Under the pieces are notes generated by a model. That model was given only the letters and a program-made list of their open reading frames with translations. It did no database searches and had not been told where the DNA came from. 64,000 bases of DNA, from positions 2,464,001 through 2,528,000 of the forward strand of contig OZ245033.1 of the NCBI GenBank assembly GCA_965224025.1. Reading direction: 5' to 3'. This DNA is from Candidatus Multivorans sp. (lineage in GTDB: Bacteria; Acidobacteriota; Thermoanaerobaculia; Multivoradales; Multivoraceae). Positions 20,841 to 32,210 of this stretch are shown one piece after another (position 1 is the first letter of the stretch; each line of letters starts with the position of its first letter). Made by a program: the position numbers and the translations under genes.

Positions 20841-23800
20841 GTGAGCGATTCGCGGCGCACGGGCAACGGAGATCAGCCGGACAACCGGCGCCTCGCTTCC
20901 CTGGGCGTCTCGCTGCCCCGGCTGTCCCTGGAGCGGCGGATCGGTGTGGTCGTCGTGGTCGGCGCGGTCCTGGTCATGGGACTGGTTGCCGCCCTGTCGC
21001 TGCCGATCGAGCTCATTCCGTCCGGCTACAGCTCGCCGTTCCTGCGCGTAACGGTGCCGTGGCGGGACGCGCCGCCCCAGGAGCTGCTGGACAAGATCAC
21101 GATTCCGCTCGAGGAGGAGCTGGCAACGGTTCGCGGGCTGGAAAACCAGTTCTCGTTCTGCGCCGTGGGCTTCACCCAGGTTTTCCTGAGTTTCGCGCAC
21201 GGCACGGACATGGACGTCGCTTACCGCGAGGTCCGCGACCGGATCGAACGCGCCCGGGCCCGGATGCCCGACGACGTCGAGCAGGTCCTCATCCGCAAGG
21301 ACGACGACGCGATGATGCCGGTGGCCATGGTCGGCCTGATGGTCGAGGAGGGGACGGCCGACACCTACAACCTGATCCAGAACGAGGTCATCCTGAAGCT
21401 GGAGCGGGTCCCGGGCGTGGCCTCGGTCGACGCCCAGGGCCTGCTGGAGCGGGAGGTGCTGATCGAGCTCGACCGGCAGCGGGTCGAGGCGGCCGGGCTC
21501 AACATCTTCGAGATCGCGCAGGACCTGGCGAGCGACTACTTCACCCTGGCTTCGGGCAACGTGCGCGCCGGCGACCGCAAGCTGCTGCTTCGGTCGGTGG
21601 CGAGGTATCCGGCGCCGCAGAACGTCCGCGACATGTGGATCACCGACACGGTGCGGCTGGGAGACATCGCCTCGGTGCGCTACGACGTGCCCGACGACGA
21701 ATTCCGGGTGCGCGTGAACGGCAGCCCTGCCTACGCGATCCGGGTCCAGAAGGAGGGCGAGGCGAACGCGCTCGAGGTTGCGAGCGAGGTCGAACGCCTG
21801 GTCCGGGAGATGGCCAGGAACCCGCGTCTGGCGGCGCTGGATATCGCGGTGATCATGAGTTCGGGCGAGATCATCCGCGACTCGATGGGCGTGCTGCTCT
21901 CCAGCGGCCGCATCGGCGCCCTGTTCGCGATGATCGTCCTCTTCTTTTTCCTCCGCCGGCTGCGGATGTCTCTCATCATCGCCTTCTCGATCCCGCTCTC
22001 GATGGTCGCCGCGGTGGTCGCGATGTACTTCTTCGGCGAGACCTTCAACGTGATCTCGCTGCTGGGCCTGATGATCTCGGTCGGGTTGCTGGTCGACAAC
22101 TCGGTGGTCGTGGCCGAGAACATCCACCGGCTCCACCAGAGCGGCGTCGGCCGGCGGCAGGCGGCGCTCCAGGGGGCGGGGGAGATCGCGCTCGCGATCA
22201 CCACCGCCACGCTGACCACGGTGATCGTCTTCCTGCCGGTTTCCCTGGTTGACGGTCAGGGCCAGTTCATGCTGCTGCGCTTGGTGATCCCGATCACGGT
22301 CTCCCTGCTTGCCTCGCTGGTTGTGGCCCTGGTGGTCGTGCCGCTGATGGTCTACGTAACCCTGCCCTCGCGGCGGGCGGCGGAGAAGGGCGCCCTGCGC
22401 CAGGTTCGCGATGCCTCGAACGTGGTCCTGCGCCGGGCCTACGAGGCGACGTTCGGCCTGCTCAACCGTGCCTACCGCGGCATGCTCGCCTATGGCCTGC
22501 GGCGTCGGCTCGACGTGGTTCTGGGGCTGGTGGCGGCGCTGGCGCTGACCCAGTTCGCTGCCAGCGGCCGCCTGGAAGTGGTGCCCATGTCGGAGGACGA
22601 CCAGGCGTTCTTCAACATCGAGGTCCGGTTGCCGCGCGACTTGTCGTTCGACGAGACGATCGAGTACTTCGCGCGCGCCGAGGAGAAGATCGACGGCCTG
22701 CGCGACGAACTCGGCCTCGAGTACCTCGTGTTCTTCCACGAACGCACCTGGGGCCAGATCCAGGGGATCATGGCCACCGACACCGACATCGGCCTGAAGC
22801 CGCGCGAGGTCACGCAGCGGGTGCTCGATCTGATGCCCGAGATGCCCGGGATTCGTTTCCACACGGGCTTCGCCTCGGAACAGGAAACGACGGACAAGGC
22901 GTTCGAGACGCTGACCCTGTTCGGTGAGGACGCCGACGTGTTGGAGGCGGTGGCGAGCGGGATCGAGGACCGCCTGGTCCGGGTGCCGGGCGTTCTGGCG
23001 GTCAAGAAGGCGGCCGAGGAAGCGCCGAACGAACTCGCCCTGGTCCTCGACCGGGACCGCGCCATGCGCCAGCAGGTGAACCCGCGCACGCTGGCGGTGA
23101 TGGTCGGCTATGCCCTGCGCGGCCAGGCGCTGCCGCGGATCTACTACGGCGGCCAGGACATCCCGGTGCGCATCCGCTTCGAGGAGCAGGACCGCCAGAG
23201 TCTCGCCGAACTGCGCAACTTCTCGGTACCCGCCGAGACCGGCGAGACGCTTGCCATCGGCGCCCTGGTCGATGTCCGCCAGCAGCCGGCGGCGACCCGT
23301 ATCTCGCGCCGCGACAAGCAGACCGCGCGCCGGATCACGCTGGAGCTCGAAGAGGGCAGGGAGAGCGAGGCGCGCCGGGCGGTGCGGGAGGTCGCGGCAC
23401 AGACGGAACTGCCTGAGGGCGTGGCCTGGGCGCGGCTTGTGCGCAATGTCGCCGCGGAGGAGACCCGGAACCTGATGATCGCGGCGCTGATGTCGATCGC
23501 CTTCGTCTACCTGCTGATGGGTTTCCTGTTCGAGAGTTTCCTGCTGCCGTTGGCGATCCTGGTCACGATCCCGCTCGCCAGCATGGGGGTGACCTGGATC
23601 CACCTGCTCGCCGGGCGCGACCTGGACTTCCTGGGCCTGGTCGGGCTGATCATCCTGATCGGAGTGGTCGTGAACAACGGCATCGTGCTGCTCGACTCGG
23701 TGAACCGCCTGCGCGCGGCGGGCACGGAGCGAGGTCAGGCCCTGCTCGAAGCCGCCGACCGGCGCTTCCGTCCGATCATGATGACCGCGCTGACCACGAT

Positions 23801-24038
23801 CTGCGGCATGGTGCCGTTACTCTTCGGTCAGCCGACGCAGATGGGGCTGAGCTACAAGAGCTTCGGCTTGACGTTGATCGGCGGCATGGCGGCGGCGACG
23901 CTGCTCACCCTGCTCGCGGTGCCGGTGTTCTACACCCTGATCGAGGACGGCCGCTCTTGGGTCGGCCGCACGATCGCCGGCGCCCTGGCGCGGCGGCCTT
24001 CTAGCCGGCTTCCGGTGTCTGCAATCGGATCCGAGTGA
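20841..24038 (+). CDS. RND permease (AcrB/AcrD/AcrF family), subunit 2
   Basis: GLLVDNSVVVAENI, GVVVNNGIVLLD and RFRPIMMT. Confidence 0.95.
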   Translation: MSDSRRTGNGDQPDNRRLASLGVSLPRLSLERRIGVVVVVGAVLVMGLVAALSLPIELIPSGYSSPFLRVTVPWRDAPPQELLDKITIPLEEELATVRGLENQFSFCAVGFTQVFLSFAHGTDMDVAYREVRDRIERARARMPDDVEQVLIRKDDDAMMPVAMVGLMVEEGTADTYNLIQNEVILKLERVPGVASVDAQGLLEREVLIELDRQRVEAAGLNIFEIAQDLASDYFTLASGNVRAGDRKLLLRSVARYPAPQNVRDMWITDTVRLGDIASVRYDVPDDEFRVRVNGSPAYAIRVQKEGEANALEVASEVERLVREMARNPRLAALDIAVIMSSGEIIRDSMGVLLSSGRIGALFAMIVLFFFLRRLRMSLIIAFSIPLSMVAAVVAMYFFGETFNVISLLGLMISVGLLVDNSVVVAENIHRLHQSGVGRRQAALQGAGEIALAITTATLTTVIVFLPVSLVDGQGQFMLLRLVIPITVSLLASLVVALVVVPLMVYVTLPSRRAAEKGALRQVRDASNVVLRRAYEATFGLLNRAYRGMLAYGLRRRLDVVLGLVAALALTQFAASGRLEVVPMSEDDQAFFNIEVRLPRDLSFDETIEYFARAEEKIDGLRDELGLEYLVFFHERTWGQIQGIMATDTDIGLKPREVTQRVLDLMPEMPGIRFHTGFASEQETTDKAFETLTLFGEDADVLEAVASGIEDRLVRVPGVLAVKKAAEEAPNELALVLDRDRAMRQQVNPRTLAVMVGYALRGQALPRIYYGGQDIPVRIRFEEQDRQSLAELRNFSVPAETGETLAIGALVDVRQQPAATRISRRDKQTARRITLELEEGRESEARRAVREVAAQTELPEGVAWARLVRNVAAEETRNLMIAALMSIAFVYLLMGFLFESFLLPLAILVTIPLASMGVTWIHLLAGRDLDFLGLVGLIILIGVVVNNGIVLLDSVNRLRAAGTERGQALLEAADRRFRPIMMTALTTICGMVPLLFGQPTQMGLSYKSFGLTLIGGMAAATLLTLLAVPVFYTLIEDGRSWVGRTIAGALARRPSSRLPVSAIGSE

Positions 24039-24120
24039 TTGGATCCTCGGCCGATTTGAGCCGATTCCGGCCTACCGTTGCTATAGTCGAGCGTTTCAGC
24101 AACCACGGAGGGATCGGCTC

Positions 24121-27100
24121 ATGCGACGCACCCTGGCCTTGCTCGGAACGCTCTCGCTCCTCGTCCTCGCCGCGCCGGTCGCGGCGGACAGCCCCGAAAC
24201 CGGGGTTGTCGTCGGACGGGCGGTCGACTCGAATGGAGACCCAATGCCCGGGGTCACGGTGACCCTCGCCGGCGAGCGGGGCGAGAAAGTTGCGATCACC
24301 GACGCTCAGGGTGCCTACCGGTTCGCCCTGGTGACGCCTGGACCGTACACGGTAAGGGGCGCTCTCGACAGCTACGGGACGGCGGAGAGCGCGGTGCAGG
24401 TGACCCCCGGCACCCGCTCGGAAGTGGGTCTGACCATGGTGCTCGAAGCGGCGGGAGAGATCACCGTCGTCGCCGAAGCGCCGGTGATCAACCGCTTCGA
24501 GTCGACCTCGGCCGGCACGATCACGTCCGACGTCGCGGAGAATGTGACTTCGATCAACTCGAATTACTACAGCGCCCTGGCGCTGCTGCCGGGCGTCACC
24601 TCGGACGGCGACCTGGCTGACGAGTACCCCGGCTCCAACGGTTCGCGGTGGATGGAGGCCGCGGTCTTCGTCGACGGCGTGGACACGACGTACACGCGGC
24701 GGGGCGGCTCGCGGCTGTATCTTCCCCAGATCGCCGTGTCCTCAACCTCCCTGCAGTCCACTTCCGGCAGCGCCGAGTACGGGCGCGCCACTGGCGGCGT
24801 CACCAACGTCACCACCAAGTCGGGCACGAACCGGTTCCACGGCGACTACAAGGCCCACCGGCAGCAGGGCGACTGGGTGTCGGAGTTCAAGAGCCATCCG
24901 GAGCTCGCGGAGCGAGTCACCTGCAAGTACAGAGCGGTCGTGAATCCGCACCTCCTGGCCCGCAGCCCATACTGCAACCCGGATTTCTTCTTCCGCACCG
25001 AGGAGCAGAAGGACTACTCGGACCTCGAACTGCAGGGTTCGCTCGGCGGCCCGCTGGCGCGGAACAGGGCCTGGTTCTTTGCCGCGGTCGCGGACACGAA
25101 CACGTTCAGCAGCCAGGAGACATATGGCGGCGACATCGTGGACAACAGCGCCTACGTCGGCAGCCGGATCGCCAAGCTGAACTTCCAGCCCAGCCCGGCC
25201 CACGCGCTCTCCGCCTACTACACCACCTCGCCGCTCGACGTCACGTTCATTCTTGGTGATTTGCCGGCTGACAAGTACACGGCCACGCCGCATGTCTTCG
25301 GCGGCGAGCTGCTGACCGCCAACTGGAACTGGAGCGCCAGCCAGGACGTGTTCATGGAGTTCAAGCTGGCGTTCCACGATTCCAGCGAGCACAAGCCACT
25401 GAACGCCGGCGACGGATACGACCTGGAATCCGCTCTGCTCGAGAAGCAGCAGGATCCGCGGTATCCTGCGAACGATCAGGGACCCCACAGCCCCGGCAAC
25501 AACTTCCACGGCTATATCGGTTTCGACGGGCAGGATCATTGGTGGAACGGCTGGATACTGGACAACGGTTTCGGTCGCAACGACTACCCGCGGGACCAGG
25601 CGAACGCGCGCATGACCTGGTTCGCCAGCGAGAGCCACGAGGCGCTGTTCGGCGCGGACTGGCAGAGCGTCGGCTGGGTGCAGAACCTGCAGCGGAACAA
25701 CACCTACAGCGGAAACCAGTTCAACGTCTCGAGCCCGTCCGGCTTCGACATCTGCAGCATCATCGCGTTGGGGTACCGTCTCTGTGTCTTGCAGGACTAC
25801 GCGCCCGCGGATCTGGTGGGCGACCCGGTTCTCGACGGCACTAGGTCATCGAACGTGGCGTTCTTTGCACGCGACAGGTTCTCGGCGGGAGATCACTGGA
25901 CTTTCAACCTTGGGCTGCGCTACGAAGACCAGGTGCACAAGAACGATGTCCGCCGCACGGTGATCGATTCAACCGATGTCTCACCCCGCATCTTCACAGC
26001 CTACGATTTTCGAGGCGACGGAAAGATGCTGCTCAGTCTGAGTCTCGGCCGTTCCTACCAACATATGCCGCAGGACCTCGTCAACAACCACCTGCTTGAA
26101 GGGTGGAACGGCACGAATGCGTTCGACCGGTTCATCTACTGTGATCAGTTGGCAGCGTTGTTGCTCGCGCATGTATGTCGGGGGGTGGGATATACGGGAC
26201 TGGTCGGCAGGCAGCGTCCCGGCGTCATGTGGCAGCAGATCGATGCCGGTGTGCTCCCCGATGTCGACATCGAGCCTTACTTCAAGGACGAAGTCGACCT
26301 GAGCCTGCGTTGGGCCCTGAACCCGAGTTGGTACTTCCAGGCGAGCGCCATCTACTGGACGTTCCAGAACTCCATCGGCACCACGCAGCAGCGACTGCCC
26401 AACGGGGACTTCTTCACACTGACCGAGAACTACAAGGACTACGAAGAGGTCCTGGGTGCGCTCGGCGTGGTGGATCCGGACGTGCTGGCTAACTTCGAAG
26501 AGGGCAGGCGCACATACAGGTCCCTGCAGTTGCAGCTCAACCGGAGCTTCCGCAACGACTGGGCGCTCTACAACAATCTGACTTTGGCCGATGCCAGGGG
26601 CCACTTCTGGGGCGGGTTGTTCAACAACGTGAACGCGGACTACGGGCGAAACCTGGATGTCGGACTGACCCAGGGGCACATCGATTCGTGCGCGGGGGGG
26701 CAACTTGTGACCTCTGGTGGACAGCCGGTGATCGGCGTCGACGGCAGTCCCATCGTGAGGCCGTACCCGGTCGATTGCGAGGCGGCGCTGTCGGGGTTCC
26801 TCGGCGTACCGGTATCGACGATCAATCGCTACGGAACGGTCGGCGAGAACAACAAGGTCACATGGAACAGCTACGGCTTCAAAGCCTTTGATCTGGGCAA
26901 CAGCGGTCAGAGGCTCACGTTGGGCGGCTCGTTCTCATGGCGCTCCGGCAAGCCGTGGCAGCGGCAGGCGGGTGCGGGACTCGGGAGCTGCGGCAGCACC
27001 TTCGACGGCTGCGATCCTGTGCAGGCCGCCATCAGTTCAAGCACTTCCCTGTATCTGGAGCCGCGGGGCACGCGCGATCCGCTGAACTCGAACTGGACGT

Positions 27101-27291
27101 CAAACCTGTACTTGAACTGGGAATTCCCCATACGGGGGGATCTGAGGGGTAGCTTGCGCCTTGAGGGCTCGAACGTGACGAACAATCAGAAGCTTCAGCG
27201 AGTGACAAGCCAGGGCGAAGTGGACACCTCGCGGTACATCGGCTGGCAGGACCCACGGAGGTTCGCCCTGTCGACGACGTTCAGCTTCTAG
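24121..27291 (+). CDS. TonB-dependent receptor with N-terminal carboxypeptidase-regulatory-like domain (Oar-like)
   Basis: Signal peptide; G.PMPGVTVT; SAEYGRATGGVTNVTTKSGTNRFHG; NLGLRYE; C-terminal PRRF...FSF. Confidence 0.9.
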   Translation: MRRTLALLGTLSLLVLAAPVAADSPETGVVVGRAVDSNGDPMPGVTVTLAGERGEKVAITDAQGAYRFALVTPGPYTVRGALDSYGTAESAVQVTPGTRSEVGLTMVLEAAGEITVVAEAPVINRFESTSAGTITSDVAENVTSINSNYYSALALLPGVTSDGDLADEYPGSNGSRWMEAAVFVDGVDTTYTRRGGSRLYLPQIAVSSTSLQSTSGSAEYGRATGGVTNVTTKSGTNRFHGDYKAHRQQGDWVSEFKSHPELAERVTCKYRAVVNPHLLARSPYCNPDFFFRTEEQKDYSDLELQGSLGGPLARNRAWFFAAVADTNTFSSQETYGGDIVDNSAYVGSRIAKLNFQPSPAHALSAYYTTSPLDVTFILGDLPADKYTATPHVFGGELLTANWNWSASQDVFMEFKLAFHDSSEHKPLNAGDGYDLESALLEKQQDPRYPANDQGPHSPGNNFHGYIGFDGQDHWWNGWILDNGFGRNDYPRDQANARMTWFASESHEALFGADWQSVGWVQNLQRNNTYSGNQFNVSSPSGFDICSIIALGYRLCVLQDYAPADLVGDPVLDGTRSSNVAFFARDRFSAGDHWTFNLGLRYEDQVHKNDVRRTVIDSTDVSPRIFTAYDFRGDGKMLLSLSLGRSYQHMPQDLVNNHLLEGWNGTNAFDRFIYCDQLAALLLAHVCRGVGYTGLVGRQRPGVMWQQIDAGVLPDVDIEPYFKDEVDLSLRWALNPSWYFQASAIYWTFQNSIGTTQQRLPNGDFFTLTENYKDYEEVLGALGVVDPDVLANFEEGRRTYRSLQLQLNRSFRNDWALYNNLTLADARGHFWGGLFNNVNADYGRNLDVGLTQGHIDSCAGGQLVTSGGQPVIGVDGSPIVRPYPVDCEAALSGFLGVPVSTINRYGTVGENNKVTWNSYGFKAFDLGNSGQRLTLGGSFSWRSGKPWQRQAGAGLGSCGSTFDGCDPVQAAISSSTSLYLEPRGTRDPLNSNWTSNLYLNWEFPIRGDLRGSLRLEGSNVTNNQKLQRVTSQGEVDTSRYIGWQDPRRFALSTTFSF

Positions 27292-27347
27292 ACGGCCTGT
27301 CGGTGGGCCGCCGCGGGTACGCGCAGTGGCCGATTGGGTATCGCGCG

Positions 27348-27378
27348 GAGCCCGGCTTCGGCCGGGCTCTTCGTCTTT
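27348..27378 (+). terminator. Intrinsic terminator between convergent genes
   Basis: gagcccggc-ttcg-gccgggctc (9-bp stem, UUCG loop) followed by ttcgtcttt. Confidence 0.8.
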
Positions 27379-27387
27379 CTACCTAGC

Positions 27388-29000
27388 CTAGGGTCCGACA
27401 GTTCCATTGGCTGACCGGATTGCGCCGGTCAGTGGGTCGTATACGGCGGCCACGAAGCGGTGCTCGCGGCGGCGGAGCAGCAGGTTCGTCTCGTAGTAGA
27501 AGACATCTCCAGGTTCCGGCTTGCTCGTGCCCGAGATGAGAATCTTCTCGACCGGCGTTTCGGAGCGGTCGCCGTCCTCGTCGATGACTGTGACGCGGAA
27601 CTCCAGTTCGTTCGTCCACCGGCCGGCGATGGGCAGCAACTGCACGTGGTCGAGCGGGATGGTTATCTCCATCGGGACCAGACTTTTCTGGATCGGGCGC
27701 GCTCCGGGCTGCCCAGGCGCACGCCGAGAAGTTCGGCGCCGGGCGAACCGCCGAAGAGCAGAGCGCCCTCGACGAGCATCGTGACTTCGGTGCTCCTCGA
27801 CATGTCGAGGTAGCTTCGGCGCGACCGGACGCGCAGCTCGGGGCGCCCGTCGCCCCGGACCTCGACCTTGTGGCCTTCGTCGTCTTCGTTGCGCGGCGGC
27901 TCGAACCCGAGCCAGTAGTAGGCGCGCGTGTCCGCCGCGGCCCGTGCCAACGCTGTCTTTCTCTGCGCGTTGATCATGGCCAACCCGCCGGTCTCGTCCG
28001 CCAGGTAGCGGAGACTGTCGTGGTCCAGCCACTCCTTCCCCGGGCCTAGCCCTACCGGGGTACCGGGGTCAGCATCGCTCTCATCGGAGTACCCCACGGA
28101 GGCGTCGTTGGACGACGTGGCTCGGAAGCCTGGAACATCCACCGGATAAAGCGTGTAGCCCACGAGGTTCGCGGCATCCACGAGAGGCCCCAGGACGTTG
28201 TCCACGTTGATGTCAAGCATGGTCGGCAGACCGTCCTCGAAAGTTGGCTGGGGAAAACCCCAGCCGCCGGCTAGAACCAGCATCACCTTGCGGCCCTCTC
28301 GACCGGCGAAACTCCCTAATGTGGCCACCGCGGCCAATGCGGAGCGCTTGACCTGTTCCGCCAGATATCGCTTGGCCTGTTGGACCTCCTGCTTCTTCGA
28401 GGACTGGGGGATCGCCCGCTGATCGACCCTCCGCATCAGACCGAGCGCCGGGCGCTCCCGTGCCTGGCGTAGCGCTTCCCGGATCTCATCGGCGGAGTTC
28501 GTCCAGCCCGTCAGCAGCGCCACGTTGGCGCCGTCCGAGGCGACTGCCGCCACGCGGTCGGCGGGGCCCAACTGCGCCAAATCCCCTTCCAGCCGTCGGA
28601 GCACGTCATCGCGGTGTTGCCGGATGGAGAAGAAATCGTCGATGAACACCAGGAAGTTCGTGCCGACTTCTTCGCCGGCGTGCAGCGCAGGCATGGCCTC
28701 CGCGACTTCCACGCCCCTCGCGGGCGCCGCCCGGTCGATGCCCTCGTCGATCTCCGTGAAGTAGGCGATTGGCGCCGGCTCGCCGTCCACCAGGAGCACG
28801 AAGTCGTTCGCAGTCAGACCTCGGACCCGGTTCCCCTTCCTGTCGGTGACGACGGCTTCGACGTTCACGACCCGGACGTCGATCACGTCGGAAAAGATGT
28901 CCGGCAGGGGGCTCTCCTGGGCGACGGCGGGGAGGGCGGCCAGGAGCCACGGGGCCGCGGAAGCCGGTCGGAATCGATGAAAAGGCCGTCTTCTCATCAT
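27388..29000 (-). CDS. Acidobacterial-type VWA domain protein, paralogue 1 (frameshift near 27685)
   Basis: Signal peptide; DVIDVRVVNVE..TDRKGNR, FIDD, GRKVML, YPVDVPG and LADETGG; the C-terminus continues in another frame to 27388. Confidence 0.8.
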
Positions 29001-29015
29001 GTCGTGCACCTCTGT

Positions 29016-30563
29016 CTACCTCGGTCCAACGTCGCCTCTCGCCGACAGCAACTCGCCGGTGAGCGGGTCGTAGACGGCCGCGACGTAGCGGTGCTTGCGC
29101 TTGCGGATCCGCAGATCCGTCTCGAAGACGAACAGGTCGCCCGGCATGGGCTCGTCCGGGATGACCACGTGGAGTTTCGCAACCGGCGGCGTAGCCATCT
29201 CCCCGAACCTGTCCATGAGTCTCATCCGGAACTCCAGCTCGTTCCTCCACTGGCCGTTCACTGGCAGCAGCTCCACGTCGTCGAGCGGGACCGTAACCTT
29301 CATCGGGACGAAGAGCTTCCGGAAGCCGGCCTTGCGCGGCGTGCCGAAGCTCACCTCCAGGGAATCGGTCCCGGGTGAGCCGCCGAGCAGGAGGGCGCCC
29401 TCGACCAGCATTGAAACCTCGGTCGCCCTGGACATGTCCAGGTAGTTCTCCCGGGCCCGGACCCGGACGCCCTCATGCCCGGGCAAGCGGACTCTGATGT
29501 CGTGAAGTCTGTCGTCTTCGCTGCGGGGAGGCTCGAAGCCGAGCCAGTAGAAGGAGCGGGTGTCCTTCACGGTCTCCCCGAGCGCCTTGTTGCTGAAGGA
29601 GTTGATCATCGGTAGTCCTCCGGTCTCATCTGCCAGGAACCGGAGGACGTCATGGAATCCGCGCTCGGGTACCTCCCTCCACATTGCGTACGCTCCAATG
29701 GAACCCGCGAAGGGTGGCCCGCCGAAGCCGCTGATCGGAATATCCCGGCCGCGGAGGCCGGGCAGGTCGATCGGGTAGAGGCTGTAGCCGACCAGGTTCG
29801 CGGCGTTGACCAGAGGCCCATAGAGCCGGTCCAGCGTTGCGCCGGCAGAGGCCGCCGCATACGCCGATCCGAAGTTCCAGGAGTCGGACACGGTGGCCCA
29901 CCCTTCGATCAGCAGCAACATGACCTTGCGTCCCGGTGCGTTGGCGAAACTGCGCATGGCGCCGGCGGCAGCCATCACCGATCGCCGGGTCTTGTCGCCC
30001 CGGTCTGCGCCCATGCCGAACCTGTACAGCAGACCGTGCGGCTTGCGCTTCCTTGCCTCCTGTAACGCGGTCTCAATGTCTTCGCGGGCGCCGGTCCAGT
30101 CCGTGATCAAGGTGAGTTCGCGGCCGTCGTTGGCCACAACCGCCACGCGATCGGCCGGCTCGAGCTGGACCAGATCCCGTTCAAGACGCGTCAGCACCCG
30201 GTTTCTGCGCTGCTTGATGGCGAACAGATCGTCGATGAAGATCAGATAATTCGTGCCGACCGGCTCGTCCGGCGCCAGTGCGGGCACGTTGCTGATCTGG
30301 TCGTCGGAGGTGGCCAGCGCCCGGCCGTCATCGATCTCGGTGAAGTAGTCGATTCGTACAGGTCGGCGGTCCACGAGGAGTTCGAAGTCGCTCGCCTGCA
30401 GTCCGCGGATGCGGTTCCCCTTCCTGTCGGTGACGACGACTTCCACGTTGACGACCCGGACGTCGATCACGTCGGAGAACAGGTCCGGCAGGGGGCTGTC
30501 CTGGGCTGCGCCGGGAACGGCGGCGAGGCCTAGAACAGCTATGGCCAGTGTGCAGGATCGCAT
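29016..30563 (-). CDS. Acidobacterial-type VWA domain protein, paralogue 2
   Basis: Intact 515 aa with the same motifs as paralogue 1. Confidence 0.85.
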   Translation of the reverse strand: MRSCTLAIAVLGLAAVPGAAQDSPLPDLFSDVIDVRVVNVEVVVTDRKGNRIRGLQASDFELLVDRRPVRIDYFTEIDDGRALATSDDQISNVPALAPDEPVGTNYLIFIDDLFAIKQRRNRVLTRLERDLVQLEPADRVAVVANDGRELTLITDWTGAREDIETALQEARKRKPHGLLYRFGMGADRGDKTRRSVMAAAGAMRSFANAPGRKVMLLLIEGWATVSDSWNFGSAYAAASAGATLDRLYGPLVNAANLVGYSLYPIDLPGLRGRDIPISGFGGPPFAGSIGAYAMWREVPERGFHDVLRFLADETGGLPMINSFSNKALGETVKDTRSFYWLGFEPPRSEDDRLHDIRVRLPGHEGVRVRARENYLDMSRATEVSMLVEGALLLGGSPGTDSLEVSFGTPRKAGFRKLFVPMKVTVPLDDVELLPVNGQWRNELEFRMRLMDRFGEMATPPVAKLHVVIPDEPMPGDLFVFETDLRIRKRKHRYVAAVYDPLTGELLSARGDVGPR

Positions 30564-30590
30564 TGGGATTCCCTCGGTCGTGTGTGGTTT

Positions 30591-32210
30591 CTATTGCTGC
30601 CCCACGGCCCCGCTGGACGAGAGGATCGCGCCGCTCACCGGGTCGTAGACGGCAGCGACGTAGCGATGTTCGCGCTTACGGAGCAGCAGGCTTGTGTCGT
30701 AGACGTAGTGCTGGCCGGGCTGTGGTTCTGCCGGGCCCGCGATGCGGATCGTCTGGACCGGTGTCTCGGAGCGGTCGCCGGACTCGTTGATCACGGTGAC
30801 GCGCAACTCGAGTTCGTTCATCCACAAGTCGCCCATCGGAAGGAGCGTGATGTCGTCGAGGGGGATGACTACATTCATCGGCACCTGGATTTTCCTGAAA
30901 CGGGCCTTCCGCGGCGCGCCCAGGACTATCTCCAGGGATTCCGTCCCCGGGGATCCGCCAAACAGCAGGGCGCTCTCGACCAGCATCGTGACTTCGGCGC
31001 CCTTCGACATGTCCAGATAGTGCTTTCGCGACCGCACGCGCAGGTCGTTTCGTCCCGCCAGCCGCACGTCGATTCTGTGGAGCGCGTCGTCCTCGTCGCG
31101 GGGTGGCGTGAAGCCCAGCCAGTAGAACGACCGCGTGTCGTCAGCCGTCGTGGAGAACGCGACGTCGCGCCGGGAGTTGATCATCGGCAGTCCGCCGGTT
31201 TCGCGGGCAAGAAACTCGAGGACCGAGTGATCCGCCCACTCCGGTGCGTTCGATGAGAACAAGCTTCGTTGCAAACCGCGTGCGGTCATGTACCCGTTGT
31301 AGAGGTCGTAGCTCCCGAAGAAGCCATAGTCGCGGTAGAAGCCGTGACCTCCGAAACCCGCTGCTCCGATCGACGCGTCGCTCTCGGGCCATGGAAACCT
31401 GGGTCGGAAGCCGGGAAGGTCGACGGGATACAAGGTGTAGCCGACCAGGTTGGCGGAGTGGACCAGCGGCCCGTACAGGTCGTCCACCCTGATGTGGGGG
31501 AAGCCGCCGCGGCGGAGCACGTTTTCGGGTAGAGCCGAGGGCGCGCGCCATCCCTCGGCGAGGAGGAGCATCACCTTGCGGCCCGGAACAGCGGCGAAGC
31601 TGCGCACGGCAGCCGTGGCGGCCATGACAGCTCGCTGGATCTGGGCGGAGCGGCTGCCCAGGGCGACTATCTGCCTCAGACCAAGAGCTTCACGGTCTCG
31701 CGCCTGCCTTAGTGCGGCTTCGATCTCGTTGCGGGAATCCGTCCAGTCCGTCAAGCGGGTGACGTTGTAGCCGTCGAACACGACAATGGCCACGCGGTCC
31801 GCCGGCCCGAGCTGGGCGAGGTCGGTAAGCAGCCCGTCCAGTACCCGGTCGCGGTCGCGCCGGATCGCGGACAGTTCGTCGATGAAGATGAGGTAGTTCG
31901 TGCCTACCAACTCGTCCGGCGCCAGCGAGGGCACGTTGCCGACGCCGTCGTCGGACGATGTCTTCGCGAGCCCGTCATCGACCTCCGTGAAGTAGTCGAT
32001 CCGCACGGGTGCGCCGTCGACGTGGAGTTCGAAGTCGCTCGCCTGGAGTCCCCGGATCCGGTTCCCCTTCCTGTCGGTGACGACGACCTCGACGTTCACG
32101 ACGCGGACGTCGATCACGTCGGCGAAGAGATCCGGCAGGGGGCTCTCCTGGCCCGCGGCCGGTACGGCGGCCAGGAGCAGCGCTGCGGTCGTCGCGCGAA
32201 GGAGCCTCAC
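30591..32210 (-). CDS. Acidobacterial-type VWA domain protein, paralogue 3
   Basis: GTG at 32210 overlapping the upstream TGA, with GGAGGG RBS; same motifs. Confidence 0.85.
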   Translation of the reverse strand: MRLLRATTAALLLAAVPAAGQESPLPDLFADVIDVRVVNVEVVVTDRKGNRIRGLQASDFELHVDGAPVRIDYFTEVDDGLAKTSSDDGVGNVPSLAPDELVGTNYLIFIDELSAIRRDRDRVLDGLLTDLAQLGPADRVAIVVFDGYNVTRLTDWTDSRNEIEAALRQARDREALGLRQIVALGSRSAQIQRAVMAATAAVRSFAAVPGRKVMLLLAEGWRAPSALPENVLRRGGFPHIRVDDLYGPLVHSANLVGYTLYPVDLPGFRPRFPWPESDASIGAAGFGGHGFYRDYGFFGSYDLYNGYMTARGLQRSLFSSNAPEWADHSVLEFLARETGGLPMINSRRDVAFSTTADDTRSFYWLGFTPPRDEDDALHRIDVRLAGRNDLRVRSRKHYLDMSKGAEVTMLVESALLFGGSPGTESLEIVLGAPRKARFRKIQVPMNVVIPLDDITLLPMGDLWMNELELRVTVINESGDRSETPVQTIRIAGPAEPQPGQHYVYDTSLLLRKREHRYVAAVYDPVSGAILSSSGAVGQQ